From positions 1 to 56,081 of the IMG/VR virus record IMGVR_UViG_3300044630_001132: 56,081 bases of DNA; one strand, given 5' to 3'. Made by a program: the position numbers and the translations under genes. This document shows, in pieces, positions 1 through 10,249 of this stretch. Below the pieces are notes generated by a model, which was not told the origin of the DNA, ran no database searches, and saw nothing but the letters and a program-made list of their open reading frames with translations. Origin of the DNA: a virus. Taxonomy: Duplodnaviria; Caudoviricetes. Each line of letters begins with the position of its first letter. Position 1 is the first letter of the stretch.

Positions 1-1588
1 GTGGTGGGCAAGACTGTGTTTCTAACCTAAAAAAAGAATCTCTAGTATTTACTGATATATCAACTAAAGCACTTCCGCCTTTTGGAAAGTCCTCAATATA
101 CATACTTTTAATTGGTATAAACTTATCAAATTCATTTACATTCTTTATAACATCATAGAAGTCTACTCTTGTATTAGGATTTAATATATTGGCTATAATA
201 CTACCCTGGTTATTTTCAAATACATTCTGTTCGCTAAATGCAAAGTCGTGATTCATTAAAGTCATAGTTCCATTAGATGCTACAAGGCTTCCTACTGGAA
301 TACCAGAGGTATCGTTGGGAATTGCCTTCGTTACGTCAAAGCCAAGTACGTAATCTGATATGTTTGCTGTAAGTCTTGGACTTAGTTCAATCAAGTCAAA
401 TGTATTATCTGGTCCATACAAGGTTTCAACTTTGACTCTTAGTCCTTTTAATAATACAATTTCTCTAAATGTTGTTTTGCCACCACTGATAAAATAGTCT
501 GGATCTGTTAAAGAAGATACAACGCCAATTCTTTTTGTGTCATCATCCTCTAGTAATTGAAATTTATATTCTGCTGCGAAAGATTCCCATTCAATATTTG
601 ATGAGTTCCAAACATAAACAGTTCCAGCAGATGTTGCTGTTGATCCAACAAGGTACGCTTCTCCGTTTACTGCCTGTGCTGATGGAAGATCTCCTACGCT
701 ATTTAGTTTATCAACATAATAAAATGAGCCTTTATATTTATCTGGAATATTAATACCATAGAATAATTCTACATATCCATCCCATTTAACAATGCTTGAT
801 CCATCTCTTCTTAATGAGTCTTCATTAAATTCAATTGCTGTTGTCCAATTATTATTGTTATCTAGGTATTGAACAGACCATCTTTTAGGAATACTAGACT
901 TGGTTATATCATTAAGTGGGTCTGTAATAAGATTATTATTTACATCTTTTATTGTTACCCCCACACTTTCTGCAAGGTTAGTTTGTAACTTAACAACAAT
1001 TCTATTAGATGCTACCTGTTCTTTATATACAACAAATGGGCATGCGTCTGTGATTACATATCCAATTGCATTTGGATCTAGTCTTTCTGATCTTCCTCGT
1101 TCAATACTGTCTTCAATTCTAAATGAATTCCAATATTTAAAATAATCATTTCTAGAAGCCATGTAGTATCTTGGTCTTCTTGCTGACTTAATATCATCTA
1201 TGTATTTACCTGTTTCAAAAAACAATGGCTTGTTAATACCAGATCTAGGTCTGAAAGAATTAAAGCACTGTTTTAAATCATAATAAAGTTGTCTATCTAC
1301 TTCTGGTGTAGTAAAAATTAATGATGCATCATTTTCATCAACAAGTGTTTCTGATTGTATACTTGAAACAAGTGCATCTGTATAGTAATCTCCTAAATCA
1401 TCGGGGTCGTATGAATTAGGTAAATTAGCATAAATAGAAGATGCTGCATCATTAGCCCTATATCGGTAATTTCCAAAGTTTAATATGTTTTCAAAATCAT
1501 TAAGATTCCATTCTGCAATTACTAATGATTCTGATTTTAAAGTGTTATTAGTTTTAAGATGTGTATTTAAATCGAAATCTACAAACAT
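1..1588 (-). CDS. Large minor tail/baseplate-hub-like protein, runs off the left edge (partial)
   Basis: ATG at 1588 overlaps the upstream stop (TAATG). Reads MFVDFDLNTHLKTNNTLKSESLVIAEWNLNDFENILNFGNYRYR. Absent from the ORF track, consistent with no stop before the edge. Lies downstream of the tape measure and distal-tail gene. Confidence 0.75.
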   Translation of the reverse strand, partial: MFVDFDLNTHLKTNNTLKSESLVIAEWNLNDFENILNFGNYRYRANDAASSIYANLPNSYDPDDLGDYYTDALVSSIQSETLVDENDASLIFTTPEVDRQLYYDLKQCFNSFRPRSGINKPLFFETGKYIDDIKSARRPRYYMASRNDYFKYWNSFRIEDSIERGRSERLDPNAIGYVITDACPFVVYKEQVASNRIVVKLQTNLAESVGVTIKDVNNNLITDPLNDITKSSIPKRWSVQYLDNNNNWTTAIEFNEDSLRRDGSSIVKWDGYVELFYGINIPDKYKGSFYYVDKLNSVGDLPSAQAVNGEAYLVGSTATSAGTVYVWNSSNIEWESFAAEYKFQLLEDDDTKRIGVVSSLTDPDYFISGGKTTFREIVLLKGLRVKVETLYGPDNTFDLIELSPRLTANISDYVLGFDVTKAIPNDTSGIPVGSLVASNGTMTLMNHDFAFSEQNVFENNQGSIIANILNPNTRVDFYDVIKNVNEFDKFIPIKSMYIEDFPKGGSALVDISVNTRDSFFRLETQSCPP

Positions 1589-2178
1589 TATACTTCCTCA
1601 AGAGATAATGAAACATTCCAAAAGTCATGATTAGATCCACCACGTTTTACTACGTTAAAAGAAAATGAAGAAAAATAAACTTCTATGACATCATTGTATT
1701 GGTGTAGATGATCAAACCTATCTATTTGTCCAGCAAACTTATCGTGTCTATCATATGACATAAACATATAGAATGATCCAGGGTTTGACTCGTACCATGA
1801 AACTATATCTGCACCTCCTGCACCACCGTCAGCAGTATACTCGGTTAGTCCAGATGAAGCATTTCCAATTACATTAAAGTTTGGATTATCACTATAAGAT
1901 CTTGAAGGAAGCATTTCCCAATCTAATGATATATTTAATTTATCTGCAATATGGTATGAACGCATTGTTCCATTAATCATTCTTTTTCTATTTTCAATTC
2001 TATTTTGTCCTATTGCTATTTCTCCACGATTATGATCTGATAATATAATAAAATCTTCTAATTCATTACCCCCTGGAACTAAAAGTCCATTGTTAACACT
2101 GCCACTATTATTAGCCCAGGCAATGGCCTGTGGTCTAGCATATTTCCATCTATTTTGAATATAGGTGCTGGTAGCCAT
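1588..2178 (-). CDS. Putative distal tail / minor tail protein
   Basis: 196 aa directly after the tape measure, translationally coupled; ends WNVSLSLEEV, typical of Dit-like proteins. Confidence 0.6.
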   Translation of the reverse strand: MATSTYIQNRWKYARPQAIAWANNSGSVNNGLLVPGGNELEDFIILSDHNRGEIAIGQNRIENRKRMINGTMRSYHIADKLNISLDWEMLPSRSYSDNPNFNVIGNASSGLTEYTADGGAGGADIVSWYESNPGSFYMFMSYDRHDKFAGQIDRFDHLHQYNDVIEVYFSSFSFNVVKRGGSNHDFWNVSLSLEEV

Positions 2179-5100
2179 TAGTATCTATTCCCTCTGACAC
2201 TTCTATCTTTTGTCATTCTAATTTTATTCATTACTACGTCTGCAATTTCATTTGGAGATGCATTAGTATCTGCAACATTTACGTTTACATTATAATTATA
2301 CACTGGTGCAGACACATTTGAAACAGAAGTTGTGGCATCAACTGGTGAAATATTTGCAGATCCTAGTTGCATTCCAGCACCGAATACATTACTATTTAAA
2401 GATTTTAGCAATGGCATATTTGCTTCTGCTACAGACTTTCTCACTACAAACTCTCCAGGTGTTAACAGTGCTGGAACTTTATCTGTCATTCCTATTCCAG
2501 GAACTATGTTTCCATTGGCCATTTTAATTGGTGGTGGAGTTTCTGTAGACCCTTTAGGAAGTCCTCCAAACATAAGTTTTTGAATTGATCCACCATATGT
2601 TCTATTTTGAGCAGGACCTGCACCTTTAGGAAAACTATTCATAATGGTTAAAACTTCTTTGTAATAATCTCTAATACTCTTAGAATACTTTGCTTGATTA
2701 GCCATTGAGGCTTCTGCAACAACCTGTGCTGTTGCAACTTTTTGTTGAATTAAGTCATTTTCTCTTTCAAGTACTGCCATATTTTGTTTTATTTTGTAAA
2801 TAGTATCTTCATAAACAACGGTGCTTTGTGTTCTTTGATAAATTTTTTCATTATAAGAATCTATTTCTGCATCTATTTGTGCTCTAGTCATCATCTTACC
2901 ATTAATCTCTGTAGTTAATGCACTAATTTCTGCTTGACGCTGTGCTTCCAATGCTGTCTTGGCATCCTGTATTTGATTTGATGCAGCATCAGATGTCATT
3001 TGGGCAGCGGCTGTAGCAGCAGCACCAAAATCTCCACCAGTTAGTGCACTAGCAAGTGCAATAGAGTTTCTTTGTTGTTGATTGGCTCTTTCGTTTGATT
3101 GTGCCACTGCATCAAGAGCCTTTATTCTTCCGTTGTACAGATCATTGACAGTTTTTTCTTTCTTACCTAGCATATCCAATGCACGTTGTCTTATTGCTAC
3201 TTGTCTATTATCTAATTCATTTAATCTACTTACTTGATCAATTTGTTTTTGATTTTGTGCAATTTCTAAATTCATGCCTTGAATTTTAAGATTATTTAAA
3301 TTAATTGATTTTTGATCTTGAGTTAATCCTGCTGCTGCTAAGACTCTTTGTCTGATAGAGTCATCATTAATTTTTTTAATAATAGAAGATTGTTCTTTTT
3401 TAGATTTATTATAAAGTTCTGTAGCCTCTTCTGCACTTAGTGCAGCGGCTGCTTCTGGTCTTAATCCATTAACAATTAATGTAGATATAGCAGCAGTTTG
3501 TTTTTTAGTTAATTCAATACGCTCTAGTAGTTGTTGAAGTGCTGATTTTTCTGCAGCACCTCCATCTCCACCAAAGTCTGTAGTTATTTCTTCTCCAGGG
3601 GCACTGCCTTTTCCTTTTCCTGACAATAAATTATCAAAATAAAACTTTCCTTTTCCTAGCATACCTGCAAGTTTTACTTCCATTTCATCGGTCATTGCTC
3701 CACCAGCAAGCATTCCAAATTGCTCCATTTGTGTTGTAAAGTTTTCTGCGGAAAGACCCTTACTAATTTGCTCAACCATAGTATCGGTCAATCCCATATT
3801 TTTTAATGCTGACTGAGCAGCAGTTTTTGTTTTCTTTAATTCTGTTTCTAATAATTTTGCAGTACCAGTAGGAACTAATACTACCCCACCTTTTCCACCC
3901 ATAGCAGTCTTTTGATTTGCAAGATTGTTTAATTCACCTTTTGTAACTTTAAGTTTTTGTGAAATAGCGTCTAATCCACCTTGTGCTGTTTGCTGACTAG
4001 TTCTTCCTAATTCATTTGTTTTTCTATTATATTCATCAAGACTCATTGAACCATTTAATACTGCAAGTTTAAAATTAGACACTGACTCTTCTGATGTTTT
4101 AAATGCTTGAATTGTACTTTCTGCAATTAGATTGACTGCAATTTTATTTTTTTCTACGTCATCGTCTGTAAATATTTTTGCAAGACCACCCCAGAATCCA
4201 GCAGTATTTTGAGCAAACATTTGTTCTGTAATTAAGTTAACTTGTTCCATATCTACAGTAGGAGTTATTTTTCCAATAATCTCTATTTCATTACCTGTAA
4301 TCAATTGTCCATTTTGTCCTATTAATTGTGTTAATTGAGCAGATACATTTACTGCTAAATCTTGATCATTAAGAGTTTTTCCAATTTCAATTGCTACACC
4401 CCTGGCTTCTTCTGCTGTAATAGCACCAGAAACAACACTTCTTGCTAATTGATTTTTTAGTGCAGCAATTGTGTCTCCACCAGATTTTTTAACTAATTCA
4501 ATATCTGCAAGTAATTGCTTTCCTGCATCAGTTCCTACAAATTGACTAGCAGCCTCTTGTGCTGGCTGTCCAACTGCTCCACCTACTCTTTGTGCTAATG
4601 TTGATGTTACCTGTTGTGTTGAAGTTTGTCTTCCAAATGCTGCAGCCATTTGATCAACAGTTTTTGAAGATCCGTACATTGCTCTAGTTAATGCTGCACC
4701 AGAGTCTTCTAATTTTTTAATTTGTGCTACTACCTTATATGTTCCGTAGGCAAGTGCTGCTGTTGCACCGATTGCAAGGCCAATAGGGCTTGCTAGTTTA
4801 GGAAGAAGTGGTCCAAGTAATTGTAGTCCAAATAATGCTGGAGTGATTGAGTTTACAAAACTTCCTATTGATGAAGCAAATTGATTTGAACTTTGTGCCA
4901 TCATCTGTCCAGCAAACATTAATGGAATTGACGCTCCTGCGGCAACATTTCCTGCTGTTCCTAGTCCGCCTTTAAAAGATGAAATTGCTGCTTGTCTTTT
5001 TGTTTGTGGACCGTATGTAACATCTCCAGCAGTTGCAAAGTTTTTTACTTGTCCGCTATTAAGTGCTTCTAAAAATGGTTTATTTTTTGCTGCTGCATCT

Positions 5101-8100
5101 CTATTAACTACAAATTCTCCAGGTGTTAACAGTGATGGGACAGAACCACCTTTAGAGAAGCCAATACGCTCAACGTGTCCTTTATTATATCCTTCATATT
5201 GTGGCATTGATTGATATCCTGGACCTCCAGAAGATCTAGTTTGACCTGGACTAAATCTTATCCTTCCTAATGCCCCTGTGTAAACATAAGTACTTCTTTT
5301 CATTCCAGGAATTTTAGCAATTTTTGATGGTAAACTTTTTACCAGCCCAGCAACTCTACCACTAACTCTTGACTCTCCAGTTGGTTGTGCAAGTGCCGCT
5401 CTAGCAATTCCTAGTTTTTGTTTATCTGGAACGCTTGCACCTACTCTATCAACTGCTTCATTAAACACTCTAGAGTACATTTGATCATCTACAGTTTGTC
5501 CAGGACCTACTTTTTCCATTAAAATTTTAGTAGCCATTCTTCCCAATTGTTTTTCAACTTTTGGATCTGCTATTCCTGCTTCATCTAAAAGATATCTAAA
5601 TGGGCTAACAATAGAGCCAGATCCTCCGTGAACTCTTCTGTTTCCTAAAAAGAAACCAGTAACTTCTGCTCTTGTTGCAGTTCCTGCTCTCAATCTATTA
5701 TTAAAGTCATATTCTTCACTTTCACCAATCAAACTTTTTGCAAGGCTTCCTGCGGTTGGTTTAAATCTAGGCATTGGAGATATAAATCTAGTATATGTAT
5801 TATGTTGTAAATTTAAATCTGATAACATTTCATTTAATAGTGCTGCTGGGGCATTCCCAATTTCAAATGGTTGTTGGCTAACTAAAACATTTGGATCGCT
5901 ATATTGTCCACTTATAATCCTAGAATAATTATTACCACCAGACTGTTCTCTTGCCATTTTTGCTTGATCTTCAAAAAATCCACCACCGTTATATCCACCA
6001 ACTTTGCCACCATTTAACATTTTTAAAAAGTTTGTACCAATTGAACTAGTTGCTTTTTTATTTACAACAAATTCTCCAGGGGTAAGCATTGCTGGAACAG
6101 TGTCCTTATTTCCAGTTCCTGGAACAACTCCACCTTCTGCAAATTCTTTTCTAGGAAAACCACCTTTGATATTTCTTGTTTTTGCTATTTGCATTGCTGC
6201 ACCTGGAGTTCCTAAAGTAAATTTTGACATAGCAGCAGCCTCTGCCATTCTTGTAATTAATATTCCGTAAGTATCTGATAGTCCATTTATTGCTGCCCTT
6301 GCACCTTGTGCTGCACCAACTTGAGAAAGAAGAGCATCATTAACTGACATTGTTGCAGTACCTAATTGTTTTGCAGCAAGTGCTGAGTCTAATTCTTGAA
6401 GAGACATGTATTTCATTGATTGGGTTATTGCTTGAATTCCACCAAGGATTCCACCTTTCAAGGTTCCTTTTGTAAATATTCCTACACCCTGCATTAATTT
6501 AGCAAGTGTTCCACTTAAATTCATAAGCAAACCAAAGAACATAGTTCCTGCTGGAATAATAAGTCCTGTAATTATTGTGGCTAGTGCTGCAAATCTTTTA
6601 GTAAAGTCTGGTAAATTATTAAACCCTTCAACTATTTTTGTAAAAAAGTTAACAACTGGTATTGCTAGTTGGATGAATAGTTGACCAATTGGTGCTATAG
6701 ATAGTTTAAATCTTTCTACAGCAGCAGTTAATTGAACCCCAAAAGATTCTTCTATTGTTTTTAATTCTTTATCTGCTGATGCAGCCATTTGTTCTACAGA
6801 GAAACCTGCTGCATCCATTACTTGTTGTGCTTGAGATCCTTGACGTGTTAGGTTATCAAACAATGCACCAAGCCTTGCATATTGATATTTGCCAAATATT
6901 TTTTCTAATGCTTGCTGTCTTGTAAAGTTATCCAATGTTGATAATGCCTTGCTAAATGCCATTACGGTGCCCATTAGGTCGCCTCTATTTTGATTAACAA
7001 TGTAATCCATGTTAATACCTAGTTGACCCAATGTATCTTTTGCAGCCCTAGAAGGATTGATTAACGATGCAAGACCAGACTTTAATGCGTTAGCACCCTG
7101 TTCTGCTGAAACTCCACCTTCTTGCATAGCAGCAAGAAATACTGACAAGTCCTTTACGTCACCACCCAAACCTACAATTACTGGTGCGACTCTTGGAATT
7201 GCTGCAGCCAAATCTTGTAAACTTACTACTGTTTGGTTTTCTACAATGTTTAAAAAGTTAATTGCATTTGAAAGTTCTTCTCCAGACAATTTAAAAGCAC
7301 TTTGAAGTGCAATTGTTGTCTTTAATGCTTCGTTTTGATCCATTTGACCAAGTGTTGCTAATCTTGTTGCTTCTCTAACAGCATCTGTTAAGTCGGCATT
7401 TCTTCTACCTGAAGCGGCTGCTTGAGCGGCTAAGCCAATTGTATCTTTTACTGCAATTCCATATTTAGTATATTCTTTTCCTAAAGACATTACTGCATTT
7501 AAATTTCCTTGTAATTCTCCTGGAGTTGTAAAAATGTCTCCATAAACTTTTTTAAATGACACTACTTGTTTTTCTAAATCTGCAAATGTTTTTCCAGCAA
7601 CTATTCCAAATGAGGTAAGGGGTAGTGTAAAACCTACCATAAGTTGGCGACCAGCCCACTGAACATTTTTACCAAAATTAATAAGTTGGGTTGTGCCTTG
7701 ACGGAACATAGTGCTAAGAACTTGTGATCTTTGTGCTGCTACGGCTAATTCAGAGTTAAAGGCTGCCAGTGGTCTAATGGCAAGAGCCTCCTGCATACCC
7801 TTTGCTGACCCAGAGGTGGCAATAAACTGGGTTTGCATCGTTCTTGCACGTTCTGCAGCCAACCCCATAGTTTCTGCGAATAAAGCACTGTTACGGTTGA
7901 ATTTAGCATTAAAGAAATTACCTAAAGTTGCTTGACCCTTTTTAAGTGTTGAGTCAAGTGCTCCTGCAGCAGTTTGCATTCTTACTGTCTCAGCAGTAAA
8001 GAATTTACTTGAATTTATTGCATCTTTTAATTCGGATGAGTATTTTGCAGCAGCAGCAGTTTGAAAGGTATTACCTTTATTAATAGCAAGATTAAAAGCA

Positions 8101-8189
8101 TTTATTTGTTGTTGTAACGCTTTTAATTCTTTTGCAGCATTGCCAGTGTTGATTTCAATATCAACAATACCCTTGACAATTTCAGCCAC
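2178..8189 (-). CDS. Tape measure protein
   Basis: 2003 aa, Ala/Leu/Gln-rich and helical, TP901-like core (AIPRVAPVIVGLGG...GANALKS), follows the tail chaperones. Confidence 0.95.
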   Translation of the reverse strand: MAEIVKGIVDIEINTGNAAKELKALQQQINAFNLAINKGNTFQTAAAAKYSSELKDAINSSKFFTAETVRMQTAAGALDSTLKKGQATLGNFFNAKFNRNSALFAETMGLAAERARTMQTQFIATSGSAKGMQEALAIRPLAAFNSELAVAAQRSQVLSTMFRQGTTQLINFGKNVQWAGRQLMVGFTLPLTSFGIVAGKTFADLEKQVVSFKKVYGDIFTTPGELQGNLNAVMSLGKEYTKYGIAVKDTIGLAAQAAASGRRNADLTDAVREATRLATLGQMDQNEALKTTIALQSAFKLSGEELSNAINFLNIVENQTVVSLQDLAAAIPRVAPVIVGLGGDVKDLSVFLAAMQEGGVSAEQGANALKSGLASLINPSRAAKDTLGQLGINMDYIVNQNRGDLMGTVMAFSKALSTLDNFTRQQALEKIFGKYQYARLGALFDNLTRQGSQAQQVMDAAGFSVEQMAASADKELKTIEESFGVQLTAAVERFKLSIAPIGQLFIQLAIPVVNFFTKIVEGFNNLPDFTKRFAALATIITGLIIPAGTMFFGLLMNLSGTLAKLMQGVGIFTKGTLKGGILGGIQAITQSMKYMSLQELDSALAAKQLGTATMSVNDALLSQVGAAQGARAAINGLSDTYGILITRMAEAAAMSKFTLGTPGAAMQIAKTRNIKGGFPRKEFAEGGVVPGTGNKDTVPAMLTPGEFVVNKKATSSIGTNFLKMLNGGKVGGYNGGGFFEDQAKMAREQSGGNNYSRIISGQYSDPNVLVSQQPFEIGNAPAALLNEMLSDLNLQHNTYTRFISPMPRFKPTAGSLAKSLIGESEEYDFNNRLRAGTATRAEVTGFFLGNRRVHGGSGSIVSPFRYLLDEAGIADPKVEKQLGRMATKILMEKVGPGQTVDDQMYSRVFNEAVDRVGASVPDKQKLGIARAALAQPTGESRVSGRVAGLVKSLPSKIAKIPGMKRSTYVYTGALGRIRFSPGQTRSSGGPGYQSMPQYEGYNKGHVERIGFSKGGSVPSLLTPGEFVVNRDAAAKNKPFLEALNSGQVKNFATAGDVTYGPQTKRQAAISSFKGGLGTAGNVAAGASIPLMFAGQMMAQSSNQFASSIGSFVNSITPALFGLQLLGPLLPKLASPIGLAIGATAALAYGTYKVVAQIKKLEDSGAALTRAMYGSSKTVDQMAAAFGRQTSTQQVTSTLAQRVGGAVGQPAQEAASQFVGTDAGKQLLADIELVKKSGGDTIAALKNQLARSVVSGAITAEEARGVAIEIGKTLNDQDLAVNVSAQLTQLIGQNGQLITGNEIEIIGKITPTVDMEQVNLITEQMFAQNTAGFWGGLAKIFTDDDVEKNKIAVNLIAESTIQAFKTSEESVSNFKLAVLNGSMSLDEYNRKTNELGRTSQQTAQGGLDAISQKLKVTKGELNNLANQKTAMGGKGGVVLVPTGTAKLLETELKKTKTAAQSALKNMGLTDTMVEQISKGLSAENFTTQMEQFGMLAGGAMTDEMEVKLAGMLGKGKFYFDNLLSGKGKGSAPGEEITTDFGGDGGAAEKSALQQLLERIELTKKQTAAISTLIVNGLRPEAAAALSAEEATELYNKSKKEQSSIIKKINDDSIRQRVLAAAGLTQDQKSINLNNLKIQGMNLEIAQNQKQIDQVSRLNELDNRQVAIRQRALDMLGKKEKTVNDLYNGRIKALDAVAQSNERANQQQRNSIALASALTGGDFGAAATAAAQMTSDAASNQIQDAKTALEAQRQAEISALTTEINGKMMTRAQIDAEIDSYNEKIYQRTQSTVVYEDTIYKIKQNMAVLERENDLIQQKVATAQVVAEASMANQAKYSKSIRDYYKEVLTIMNSFPKGAGPAQNRTYGGSIQKLMFGGLPKGSTETPPPIKMANGNIVPGIGMTDKVPALLTPGEFVVRKSVAEANMPLLKSLNSNVFGAGMQLGSANISPVDATTSVSNVSAPVYNYNVNVNVADTNASPNEIADVVMNKIRMTKDRSVRGNRY

Positions 8190-8566
8190 TAATCAATCAC
8201 CTCGTAGTCTAATCCCTCACCAATACCGAACCCTGCTTTCCTTGCGGAAATACCTTGCAGAGAAACTATATCGTTAGGGTCAGTGGTCTTCCCACCACTA
8301 AAGGCTTTGGCTTTAATTCTTTCCCAAGCCTCTTGACCTTCAGACGAATTGTCTTTATCCATATCTACACCTTGTAAAGCAGCGAAGAATTTTCTATCTT
8401 CATGCTCTTGCTTGCTCTTTGCGTTTAGTATCGCTACTAACTCAGGCATTGATATAGAGTCTTCCATGTCTTTGTAATTCTTCCAAAATCCCAGAAGAAA
8501 TACTTTAGACTCTATCTCGGCTAGATCTAGTTCGTCCCAACTAGAGCCGCCGCTAGTGCGTTTGGG
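8189..8566 (-). CDS. Tail assembly chaperone, C-terminal (-1 frame) part, gpT-like
   Basis: The frame of ORF 8189..8467 stays open upstream of its ATG (SGGSSWDELDLAEIESKVFLLGFWKNYKD-MEDS) up to the slippery site. Confidence 0.8.
   Translation of the reverse strand, partial: PKRTSGGSSWDELDLAEIESKVFLLGFWKNYKDMEDSISMPELVAILNAKSKQEHEDRKFFAALQGVDMDKDNSSEGQEAWERIKAKAFSGGKTTDPNDIVSLQGISARKAGFGIGEGLDYEVID
8519..8566 (-). other. Programmed -1 ribosomal frameshift signal
   Basis: In-frame slippery heptamer C CCA AAC (8566-8560), followed by stem TCTAGTT-GGGACG-AACTAGA. The downstream ORF is in the -1 frame. Confidence 0.8.
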
Positions 8567-8862
8567 TCGTTCAACTTAATACCCGCTGCCACTTCGATGA
8601 TTTTATAAACTGTAGGAAGATCGATGATCTCTTCAAATTTTGCTGGATCAGATAACTCTACATTGTATTGCTTCATTGCAATTGCCGCACAATTTACTAA
8701 TAAATCCATTGATTTAATATTATCTTCTGCAATTTTTGGATCAGAAATCTTTTGAAACTCTTTCATAAATTCTCTTAATAGAGTAATTTTTAAAGGAGCC
8801 ATAGTAATTTTTGTTCCATCTTGTAGTTCAATTTCAACTGGCTCATAAACACTTGTTGCCAT
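8527..8862 (-). CDS. Tail assembly chaperone, gpG-like
   Basis: Between major tail protein and tape measure. Likely start is ATG 8862 after RBS AAGGAGG. Confidence 0.85.
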   Translation of the reverse strand: MATSVYEPVEIELQDGTKITMAPLKITLLREFMKEFQKISDPKIAEDNIKSMDLLVNCAAIAMKQYNVELSDPAKFEEIIDLPTVYKIIEVAAGIKLNDPNALAAALVGTN

Positions 8863-8896
8863 TAAAGCCTCCTTAAGACTCATTAAAATTATAGCA

Positions 8897-8927
8897 CAAA
8901 ACCCACTCCCTGTATAGGGAAGTGGGC
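8897..8927 (-). terminator. Intrinsic terminator after major tail gene
   Basis: CCCACTTCCCT-ATAC-AGGGAGTGGG followed by TTTT. Confidence 0.7.
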
Positions 8928-8949
8928 TAAGTGTTTATGAAATTATTGT

Positions 8950-9597
8950 TTAGACTGTGCGGTCAACAATTCTTCCGTAAGATCCGTTGGCTGCTGAAAG
9001 CAAGCGGAAAGTTACTTCAAACATTGAAGGTGTATCACGTTTTGCTGAAACTGTTACATTTTCGATTGAAAGTGCACGGTTTGCAACATATACGCGTTCC
9101 TTAGTAATGTTTGGGTCACCTGTTCCTGGACCTACTGCAACAAGAGCACGTTCAACTGGAACATCACCAATGTCACCAGATTTTAGTTCTAGTGTTTCGG
9201 TTGATCCTGATGTTGATTTATCTGCTTCTTTCGCTGCAATTGCTGTAATCAAGTTGTCCAAAGTTGCTTCAGCGAATGCTGTAACTAAACTTACGGACAT
9301 ACCTTGCTTGTACAGACGTGCAACGTCTAGCAATTGGTCTACTTGAACTTCACCAAAGTCTGGTTGGAATTGTAATTCCAAACCATTCATGGTGTAGCCT
9401 ACGTTTGTAAATGCAGAACAAGCACTCATTGTTGTTTTGAAGTCGATTCCGTTTGCGAATGCTGGGACTCCTGTAGTTGATGCAGATGAAAATCTGTATG
9501 AACTTACGGAATCAAAGTATTCAAGGGAATCGTCTGCAACGAATAATGCTGCTGCACCTACGATAATTTGCTTAGAATTACCACGATTATATGCCAT
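8950..9597 (-). CDS. Major tail (tube) protein
   Basis: 215 aa with IIVGAAALF, VGYTMNGLEL and VQVDQLLD motifs; upstream of the chaperones; strong RBS and terminator. Confidence 0.85.
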   Translation of the reverse strand: MAYNRGNSKQIIVGAAALFVADDSLEYFDSVSSYRFSSASTTGVPAFANGIDFKTTMSACSAFTNVGYTMNGLELQFQPDFGEVQVDQLLDVARLYKQGMSVSLVTAFAEATLDNLITAIAAKEADKSTSGSTETLELKSGDIGDVPVERALVAVGPGTGDPNITKERVYVANRALSIENVTVSAKRDTPSMFEVTFRLLSAANGSYGRIVDRTV

Positions 9598-9661
9598 ATT
9601 ATTTCCTCCTCTATAATTTTTTGATAGTGGGGGCGTTCCTCAATACAATTATAAGTCTTGT

Positions 9662-10249
9662 TTATCGGTAGTCTGATACGGTATGAAAGTCAGCCTTAAT
9701 TATAATATCTCCAGAAAACACATTTCTTTGATCATCTAGATTAGTAGCATCTGCCATATAGGTTGTTTCATAGGCGTTTACACAATGGAAGTAGATTTTT
9801 TGATCCCCGCCGTATGTTTGTTGCATCCAAGCGTTTATATCTTCTGCTGCAGCATCATCTCTATCTATAATTTCTAAAAATTTCCATTTTAAAGCCATTA
9901 AATCTGCTAGATTTCCGTGACTTAGTTTTACACGAGACTGAACACCTTTAATTGGATAAAAATATTTATGTTGTCCACTTCTTTGTTTAATGAATTCATC
10001 ATGAACAATAGATACCTGTTGTGGGTTTGTTAGAGTATTAAAAGGTAGTGCATCGGCACCAGAGTTGATAATCGTTAAAGGAACAATTGGGCTAAGTTTA
10101 TTTCCTTCTTGATCAATTATCTTATTCAAATAATCAAACTCTGGTAATTGAATAATTTCATCAAATGCATATTTTAATATGTTTGCTGTTGGTGTAAACA
10201 ACATTACACTTGCTGCACTATAAGCCAATTTCATCATCTCCTGGAGCAC
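9662..10249 (-). CDS. Putative tail terminator / head-tail joining protein (true start probably a few codons in)
   Basis: Synteny: immediately upstream of the major tail gene. Confidence 0.5.
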   Translation of the reverse strand: MLQEMMKLAYSAASVMLFTPTANILKYAFDEIIQLPEFDYLNKIIDQEGNKLSPIVPLTIINSGADALPFNTLTNPQQVSIVHDEFIKQRSGQHKYFYPIKGVQSRVKLSHGNLADLMALKWKFLEIIDRDDAAAEDINAWMQQTYGGDQKIYFHCVNAYETTYMADATNLDDQRNVFSGDIIIKADFHTVSDYR

